Assembly (NCBI RefSeq): GCF_003918875.1
Contig: NW_025766558.1
Span: 310,001-374,000 of the forward strand
Origin: Haliotis rubra
Lineage: Eukaryota
Reading direction: 5' to 3'
DNA length: 64,000 bases
The notes under the pieces were generated by a model that was not told where the DNA came from, ran no database searches, and saw only the letters and a list, made by a program, of their open reading frames with translations. Numbering within the stretch: position 1 is the first letter of the stretch; each line of letters starts with the position of its first letter. Made by a program: the position numbers and the translations under genes. This document shows positions 39,601 through 48,040 of the stretch, piece by piece.

Positions 39601-42600
39601 ACCCATTCTGTAAAGATCTGGGATACCATGGCAACTGGCTGCTCTATATTTCACCCATTCTGTAAAGATCTGGGATACCATGGCAACTGGTTGCTCTATA
39701 TTTCTACCATTCTGTAAAGATCTGGGATACCATGGCAACTGGTTGCTCTATATTTCACCCATTCTGTAAAGATCTGGGATACCATGGCAACTGGTTGCTC
39801 TATATTTCACCCATTCTGTAAAGATCTGGGATACCATGGCAACTGGTTGCTCTATATTTCACCCATTCTGTAAAGATCTGGGATACCATGGCAACTGGTT
39901 GCTCTATATTTCACCCATTCTGTAAAGATCTGGGATAATGGCATCTGGTTGCTCTATATTTACCCATTCTGTAAAGGCAACTGGCTGCTCTATATTTCAC
40001 CCATTCTGTAAAGATCTGGGATACCATGGCAACTGGTTGCTCTATATTTCACCCATTCTGTAAAGATCTGGGACACCATGGCAACTGGTTGCTCTATATT
40101 TCACCCATTCTGTAAAGATCTGGGATACCATGGCAACTGGTTGCTCTATATTTCACCCATTCTGTAAAGATCTGGGATGCCATGGCAACTGGTTGCTCTA
40201 TATTTCACCCATTCTGTAAAGATCTGGGATACCATGGCAACTGGTTGCTCTATATTTCACCCATTCTGTAAAGATCTGGGATGCCATGGCAACTGGCTGC
40301 TCTATATTTCACCCATTCTGTAAAGACATGAGACACCATGGCAACTGGTTGCTCTATATTTCTACCATTCTGTAAAGATCTGGGATACCATGGCAACTGG
40401 CTGCTCTATATTTCTACCATTCTGTAAAGATCTGGGATACCATGGCAACTGGTTGCTCTATATTTCTACCATTCTGTAAAGATCTGGGATGCCATGGTAA
40501 CTGGTTGCTCTATATTTCACCCATTCTGTAAAGATCTGGGATACCATGGCAACTGGCTGCTCTATATTTCACCCATTCTGTAAAGATCTGGGATGCCATG
40601 GCAACTGGTTGCTCTATATTTCACCCATTCTGTAAAGATCTGGGATACCATGGCAACTGCTTGCTCTATATTTCACCCATTCTGTAAAGATCTGGGATGC
40701 CATGGCAACTGGTTGCTGGGATATATTTCACCCATTCTGTAAAGATCTGGGATACCATGGCAACTGGTTGCTCTATATTTCACCCATTCTGTAAAGATCT
40801 GGGATACCATGGCAACTGGCTGCTCTATATTTCTACCATTCTGTAAAGATCTGGGATACCATGGCAACTGGCTGCTCTATATTTCTACCATTCTGTAAAG
40901 ATCTGGGATGCCATGGTAACTGGTTGCTCTATATTTCACCCATTCTGTAAAGATCTGGGATACCATGGCAACTGGTTGCTCTATATTTCACCCATTCTGT
41001 AAAGATCTGGGATGCCATGGCAACTGGCTGCTCTATATTTCACCCATTCTGTAAAGATCTGGGATACCATGGCAACTGGTTGCTCTATATTTCACCCATT
41101 CTGTAAAGATCTGGGATACCATGGCAACTGGTTGCTCTATATTTCACCCATTCTGTAAAGATCTGGGATACCATGGCAACTGGCTGCTCTATATTTCACC
41201 CATTCTGTAAAGACATGAGACACCATGGCAACTGGTTGCTCTATATTTCACCCATTCTGTAAAGATCTGGGATACCATGGCAACTGGCTGCTCTATATTT
41301 CTACCATTCTGTAAAGATCTGGGATACCATGGCAACTGGCTGCTCTATATTTCTACCATTCTGTAAAGATCTGGGATGCCATGGTAACTGGTTGCTCTAT
41401 ATTTCACCCATTCTGTAAAGATCTGGGATACCATGGCAACTGGTTGCGCTATATTTCATCCATTCTGTAAAGATCTGGGATACCATGGCAACTGGTTGCT
41501 CTATATTTCACCCATTCTGTAAAGATCTGGGATACCATGGCAACTGGTTGCTCTATATTTCACCCATTCTGTAAAGATCTGGGATACCATGGCAACTGGT
41601 TGCTCTATATTTCACCCATTCTGTAAAGATCTGGGATACCATGGCAACTGGTTGCTCTATATTTCACCCATTCTGTAAAGATCTGGGATGCCATGGCAAC
41701 TGGTTGCTCTATATTTCACCAATTCTGTAAAGATCTGGATACCATGGATGCCTATGGTAAAACTGGATGCCATGTAACTGGTTGCTCTATATTTCACCCA
41801 TTCTGTAAAGATCTGGGATACCATGGCAACTGGTTGCTGCTATATTTCACCCATTCTGTAAAGATCTGGGATTACCATGGCAACTGGTTGCTCTATATTT
41901 CACCCATTCTGTAAAGATCTGGGATACCATGGCAACTGGTTGCTCTATATTTCTACCATTCTGTAAAGATCTGGGATGCCATGGCAACTGGTTGCTCTAT
42001 ATTTCTCCCATTCTCTAAAGACATGAGACACCATGGCCACTGTCCTTTCATCAATACAGCAGACTGCTGACCAGGTAGAATGTGGTTGTACATTTACCTG
42101 CCAGAATTTCTCGAATATGTGTGACTTGAACAGATGTGGTTGTTTGCCGATAAAGTTTAAGAGATCAAGGCCACTTTGTCTTCTTTCTTCGATTACAGTG
42201 TCATCAAAACGACCTGTTAACAAATACACAACTTTCTATCTCAATACATGTTTCATGATCATCAGAGTATCCAAGCATTCATCTGTAAAAGTCAGGGTTG
42301 GAAATAACTTTAAAATTGTTAGTGTACTCCGGTACAGTGGCACATGTAAAATCACTTGCCCTGATAATTTTTCCACTATACCGGCCGTTTTCTTGTTGAT
42401 ATTTTAAATAAACAACATAATTAACATTGGAATATCAACTGGACACCGGTACAGTGAGATATACAAATTTGCTTGCCCGACAGAAAAAAACACTGGACTT
42501 GGGCGTCGGGCAATGGGTTATTTCCATCCCTGAATAGTACATGGCATAAGACAATGATGAAAGGCCAGAGCATTCCATGTGTATCTGGCTTCAATAGTTT

Positions 42601-45600
42601 GAAAGGGTGCATAGTAACACCATAGTAACTAGGTAGTAACACCATAGTAACTAGGTAGTAACACCATAGTAACTAGGTAGTAACACCATAGTAACTAGGT
42701 AGTAACACCATAGTAACTAGGTAGTAACACCATAGTAACTAGGTAGTAACACCATAGTAACTAGGTAGTAACACCATAGTAACTAGGTAGTAACACCATA
42801 GTAACTAGGTAGTAACACCATAGTAACTAGGTAGTAACACCATAGTAATTAGGTAGTAACACCATAGTAACTAGGTAGTAACACCATAGTAACTAGGTAG
42901 TAACACCATAGTAACTAGGTAGTAACACCATAGTAACTAGGTAGTAACACCATAGTAACTAGGTAGTAACACCATAGTAATTAGGTAGTAACACCATAGT
43001 AATTAGGTAGTAACTACTAAACAAATACAGAACATCTGCATAGCCATGCACCAACATAATAACTACATAATACCTAACTAGCAACTACATAGTAACCAGA
43101 TAGTAACTACAAAGTAACTACACAGTATGTACTTGGGGTGACTATTATAAGGGTAATGCTATTTTTGAGGGCATTATCATTTGCAGAAGCCCGAGGTCTG
43201 CCATTAACTGCCCGACGAAGGAGGGCAGTTGAAAAAGACCAAGGGCTTCTGCAAATGATAATGCCCTCAAAAATAGCATTACCGTTATTATTGCTAAAAT
43301 ACATGGAATTTGTGTTGAAAAGAAAAAGGAAACAATGAAGAAATTTGACTGTAAGTTTACCCAAGTCAACTTCTGACGGGGTTGACTGCCCGAATGCAAT
43401 TACATCATCGAACATTCAAGTGACGTCACAACAGAAAGTGACGATATTCGACCTTGGCCTTTGACAATACCATAGCCTACAACATGTCAAACTATGTCAG
43501 TGTTCTGTTTTGGTCCATCAATAGCCTTAATAGTGCAATTGCTAAGGTTAGCACCAACAAGAAAGCCAATATTACCGCTATTTAAAGCGGGAATTCGGGT
43601 TGCTTTGACTTGTTTGACCCAGAATATCTGCCAGTCGAAAGCCAATTAATGTCGAATGAACCGTAAGCCCACGCACCCACTATGACGTCACTTGACAACA
43701 GAACTGATAGTGGCCCGTCGGTAAGGTTGAGCGGTCCAATATCATTTGCAGCGGCCCGCAAATTTCTGATAATGGGAGGGCCGTTTCATGATAATTCCAT
43801 GTATTTTAGCTATAATGACGGGAAACAACTTTTGTAATAGTCTATTGCAACGTACTTCTGCGATAGCGATCGTCTATTGTGACCAACTATTACAATACTA
43901 TTGCAATAGTTTTTACCCCTTTGAATTGTCTCATTTGAAGTAATTTCCCAAATGAATGCATAGTTTATATGAAATAAAAACAAGCTGAAGTAATTTCAGT
44001 CTCTTTTACTTAATGACAAGAAACTTGAAACCCAGATCAAGTTTGTTTAAGAGGTAACAGGGGCGGATAACTCTGAATAAAAGTGAACAAATCTGGTACT
44101 TCCTGTATTTTGAGTTGCGTACTTACTCAACTGAAGTTGATGCATCGATAGTTTTTCGTTTCTACCATCAATTAATTCCTATCGCAGACTCAACAATTGC
44201 AATCCGTCGATAGTTCAATGTATCGTTATAGCCCTAGTATGTACACAGTAACTATATAGCATTTACATATATCTACACAGTATTTACATCGTATATACAG
44301 AAATACTACATAGCATTTACATATATCTACACAGTATTTACATCGTATCTACAAAGTTACTACATAACATTTACATACTAGTAGTAACTACATAATATTT
44401 TTCTTAAAATTGAATTTTTATATTTCCTGACTCCCTGTTACAAATAAGGTGATACAGCCAGGGGATTGTAAAGTCTTACATAAAATCATTAAGGATGTGA
44501 GTTTCAAAAGTGGAATACAGAAAACATTTTTTGAAAAAAAAGACACTACAACACATTCACTCACCAATCACTCACAGAATGTTCACACAACTTACAGTTT
44601 TGGGTTCAACATATCAAGGCTGATTACATGATCATCAAAAGGCAAGTAGAAAGAATTCAACAAGATCACTTGAAAGTTGCTAAATCATGGTATAGCATCC
44701 ACTTTTCATAAAACTTATCTTCTTCACTTTCACTAAAAGATATCTACATATTATTTACACAGTATCTACATTTGCTATGTTACTTACTATGACACAGCAC
44801 CAGAAAAATTGAAATCAGTTATATTTCAACAACATCAACCATTGACTTATAAGACTCAGTGAAGTTCATTGCCTGTAGAATATTGCAGTCTTACCAAACA
44901 GTTTGGGTTTAGCAAACTGTGGGAATTCCTCCCTTCTGTGAAGTGCCTTGTGGAGATTGAACATGGCTTTGTGCAGCTGCTTGAAGTCATTGTAGCGTTT
45001 CCAGATGATTGTCTGCCAAATCCAACAAAAATCAACTAACATTAAAACCAGACAAATGATGATTATGCTAACTTCTTGTAGCTATGTACTCCAAATATCC
45101 CAACCACATGGTGTGGCCATAACAAGTACTGTACTACATCTGCCCCACCCACATGCTGCAGTTATAACAAATACTGTACTACATCTGCCCCACCAACATG
45201 CTGCAGTCATAACAAGCACTATACTACATCTGCCCCACCCACATGCTGCAGTCCTAACAAGCACTATACTACATCTGCCCCACCCACATGCTGCAGTCCT
45301 AACAAGCACTGTACTACATCTGTCCCTCCCACATGCTGCAGTCCTAACAAGCACTGTACTACATCTGCCCCACCCACATGCTGCAGTCCTAACAAGCACT
45401 GTACTACATCTGTCCCTCCCACATGCTGCAGTCCTAACAAGCACTGTACTACATCTGCCCCTCCCACATGCTGCTGCAGTCCTAACAAGCACTGTACTAC
45501 ATCTGCCCCATCTGTCCTGTACTACATCTTCCCCACCCACATGCTGCAGTCCTAACAAGCACTGTACTACATCTGCCCCTCCCACATGCTGCAGTCCTAA

Positions 45601-47570
45601 CAAGCACTGTACTACATCTGTCCCTCCCACATGCTGCAGTCCTAACAAGCACTGTACTACATCTGCCCCATCAACATGCTGCAGTCCTAACAAGCACTGT
45701 ACTACAACTGTCCCTCCCACATGCTGCAGTCCTAACAAGCACTGTACTACATCTGCCCCATCAACATGCTGCAGTCCTAACAAGCACTGTACTACAACTG
45801 TCCCTCCCACATGCTGCAGTCCTAACAAGCACTGTACTACATCTGCCCCATCAACATGCTGCAGCTCTAACAAGCACTGTACTACAACTGTCTCCTCAAG
45901 CACTGTACTACAACTGTCCCTCCCACATGCTGCAGTCCTCACAAGCACTGTACTACATCTGCCTCACCCACATGCTGCAGTCAAAACAAGTACTGTACTA
46001 CATCTGCCTCACCCACATGCTGCAGTCAAAACAAGTACTGCAATATATCTGTACATATTAGCTGAATTACAACTGCATTGTCTATGATCAACACCAGTCA
46101 GGCTCTCACCTCCTTTAAACATTCAGGGCAGCTTATCGGGAACACCTGAAAATACATGAGTTCTGATAACAAACCCACCGACTCAGCAGGGTGATGAATG
46201 CATGACAAAGTTTGTAAACACCAACTGTCACCATGGTTACCATGATATCAATAAGCCCCTCGCTTGGGTGTGTTCCATTGATGTATTTGTTTGAAAGCAG
46301 TTTGTTCTTGCATAACTATCATAGAAGTAAAGCCATGTTTCTCTGCAAACTAATGAAGATGGTTAGGTGCAGTTTAAAAAACAAACCTAAAATCATGAGA
46401 CCTGAAAAGGAGGTAATCTCTTAATGTTCTTGCTGGAAACAGATTCTTAGGAAAATCAGAAGAAATTAAAGCTTGAGTTTAATATATTCCAGCTATCTCA
46501 CAGCAGCATGGCAATAATCATATCTAAACTCAGCAAACATGAGTACAAATTCACCTCATCAAGTGCAACCACCCAATCTAGAAATAGTAACCTTGGACCA
46601 TGAACAGTTGGGAGCTGAGAGCCTTTTGAAAATCTTGGTCCAGCTTCAGGGCTTGAACTGTTGGTTTCAGTGATCAAGTTGGGTGGTGGGATAGCCTAGT
46701 GATTAAACTGTAAAGACCCAGGTTCAAATCCCCACATGGGTACAATGTGTGATTTATTGTGAAGCCCATTTCTGATGTCCCCCACTATGATATTGCTGGA
46801 ATATAGGTAAAAGTAGCGTAAACCCCAACTCACTCACTCCAGTTATCATGGTAGTATTAGTAAGTGTGATTTAAGGGAATATCTTATCAATTCAGCAACA
46901 AGTAACCTATGATATAACTGGTTGAATTCTTTTGAAAGAAACAATACCCAAGCAAAATGGCTGTTGGGATCATCAAGTGTGCAAATGCCTCAATGAACTA
47001 TCAATCTATCATCTTTGCAATGTTGTTTAATGCCACACTCAGCAATGCTCCAGATATATGACGGTGATGTGTAAATAATTTAGTCTGGACCATATTGTCC
47101 TGTGATTAACATCATGAGCACTGATTCATGCAATTGGGATATGATGACATGCATCAACCAAGCCAGTGAACCCAGAGACCATATAATAGATCTCTGGTGA
47201 ACCTGACTCCCCGATCCCGTTAGCTCTTACAACAGGCCAATTCTATGTTTGTTTTCTCCCCCAGACTCAAGCTTAATAAATCGTGTACACTGTTCAATTA
47301 AAATATACTGAGAAATGAATACCCTAACAGTTACATGAGACCATACATGGGCATACGGTAACAGTACAAAACATCAGTCAACTGAAAGTCACAGCCATTG
47401 TGCGATTACAAGCTTAGAGCTATGTTTGTCTCAAAGAGTTATTTTTGAGTTGCAACAATCCTAGTCTCACTTACTTTGCACGTCACTTTGTAAACAGTAA
47501 ATCCTTTAGGGTGTAACTGTGGGTCCGACACCTCGAAGAACCAAATGTAATCAACTTTGGTAGTCGCCAT
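27660..47570 (-). CDS. RPS6KC1: Ribosomal protein S6 kinase delta-1 (PX - MIT - split pseudokinase), 13 coding exons, about 1219 aa
   Basis: Exons 47570-47475, 46145-46110, 45012-44895, 42213-42098, 37753-37527, 37276-36399, 36004-35880, 34469-34314, 33456-31970, 30998-30871, 30561-30479, 30221-30126, 27773-27660; 3660 nt, all GT-AG, phases consistent. PX ([37 protein letters not shown]), MIT ([15 protein letters not shown]...[17 protein letters not shown]), kinase split by a long acidic insert, CRDLRPDN, SYF in place of [19 protein letters not shown]. Confidence 0.95.
27778..29982. repeat. Minisatellite, 74-bp unit, about 30 copies, filling the last RPS6KC1 intron
   Basis: Unit tgtatgatggtgggatactgtgttaccatggcagcatggacatggtacagtgtcatacacaaccaaacaacact; the ORF track repeats every 74 nt. 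Confidence 0.98.
30034..30120 (-). mobile_element. Short 5'-truncated non-LTR retroelement 3' end inserted at a splice donor
   Basis: 13-bp TSD cttacctccttga (30021-30033, 30121-30133); minus strand ends AATAAAtatgtttaaatcaaatcaa. Confidence 0.7.
30570..30835. repeat. Degenerate minisatellite, ~31-35-bp unit
   Basis: Unit like aaaacctccaaaacatcatcagatatagtg; fills the intron between RPS6KC1 exons 10 and 11. Confidence 0.85.
31070..31670. repeat. Degenerate minisatellite, ~25-28-bp unit
   Basis: Unit ctagcaacaacacacatcactcacc. Confidence 0.9.
33679..33797. mobile_element. Small palindromic MITE
   Basis: Arms 33686-33709 and 33767-33790 match at 22/24 as an inverted repeat. Confidence 0.7.
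34492..35308. repeat. Minisatellite, 26-bp unit
   Basis: Unit cttagtgatgtacatacccaggatca, about 31 copies. Confidence 0.97.
35308..35865. repeat. Minisatellite, 29-bp unit, directly abutting the 26-bp array
   Basis: Unit gtgtgtgttgctatggtacaccaggtggg, about 18 copies. Confidence 0.96.
37781..38385. repeat. Minisatellite, 43-bp unit
   Basis: Unit agtgtaacagaggtcctcacccaccatgcccatctacaaagat, about 14 copies. Confidence 0.96.
38390..42040. repeat. Minisatellite, 52-bp unit, about 70 copies
   Basis: Unit gatctgggataccatggcaactggttgctctatatttcacccattctgtaaa. Confidence 0.98.
42293..42532. mobile_element. hAT-like MITE
   Basis: TIRs cagggttggaaataac / gttatttccatccctg; TSD not clear. Confidence 0.7.
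42611..43013. repeat. Minisatellite, 22-bp unit, about 18 copies
   Basis: Unit catagtaactaggtagtaacac. Confidence 0.97.
43133..44236. mobile_element. hAT-like non-autonomous element carrying a nested hairpin element
   Basis: 8-bp TSD gtatgtac at 43125-43132 and 44237-44244; right end tatcgttatagcccta; left end disrupted by the insertion at about 43143. Confidence 0.65.
43143..43815. mobile_element. Non-autonomous element with terminal hairpin and short inverted repeat
   Basis: Perfect 41-bp arms 43152-43192 / 43243-43283, inner stem aactgccc/gggcagtt; perfect 18-bp IR gctaaaatacatggaatt 43293-43310 / 43793-43810. Confidence 0.8.
45100..46040. repeat. Minisatellite, 45-bp unit, about 21 copies (RPS6KC1 intron 2)
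   Basis: Unit cccacatgctgcagtcctaacaagcactgtactacatctgcccca. Confidence 0.96.
46680..46840 (+). mobile_element. SINE family A, diverged
   Basis: tagcctagtg...ggttcaaatccccacatgggtacaatgtgtg...gatattgctggaata...(actc)n. Confidence 0.85.
47020..47250 (-). mobile_element. SINE-like repeat, family B, diverged
   Basis: Homologous to 1-170 (gtaaataat...tctggacc...catgagca...gggatatgatgacat...ccgatcccg). Confidence 0.7.
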
Positions 47571-48040
47571 TGTGCTTATTTACAACTTTTCAAACTTCCC
47601 TACATCGTTATTACATCTAACTGTAAAAATTACACGAAAAGACAAGTCCGTGTTCTTTTCTCTTTTCATTTTACACCATATTTTGGTCGAGGTGTCATTT
47701 TCGTTAGGTTACACCGGAAGTACAACCCAAACAGGAAATGGATCATTACAAAAACTTTAACTACTTTCGGGGACTGAGACAAAGCTTAAAGACATCAAAC
47801 GCGATTATGTTTTACAGACGGATAAACAAATCGTGTTACTGTCTGCTACTTATAAATGACAAAGCAAGATAATGTTAATCTTAAAGAAATATTATTCCGT
47901 ATTCCGTATATATTCTATTTACATACACCCATTATGTTCACTCCTCCAAGTCGAGAGAGTTCTCTTTCAAAATAGCTATGATTCACGAAGAATGACTGCA
48001 ACTTAGATGTTATTTATTGGGTGTTTACATCAAATCAAAA
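47571..48040. promoter_or_regulatory. Bidirectional promoter region RPS6KC1/ARL2
   Basis: 470 bp between divergent ATGs; ETS-type accggaagt at about 47713-47721. Confidence 0.6.

Noticed and set aside
38390-42040. CRISPR-like array
   Set aside because: Head-to-tail units without unique spacers, eukaryotic intron context, no cas genes.
45005-46087. 360-aa His/Cys-rich ORF (mucin- or metallothionein-like)
   Set aside because: 45-bp minisatellite antisense within RPS6KC1 intron 2; the peptide changes at an indel, showing no coding constraint.
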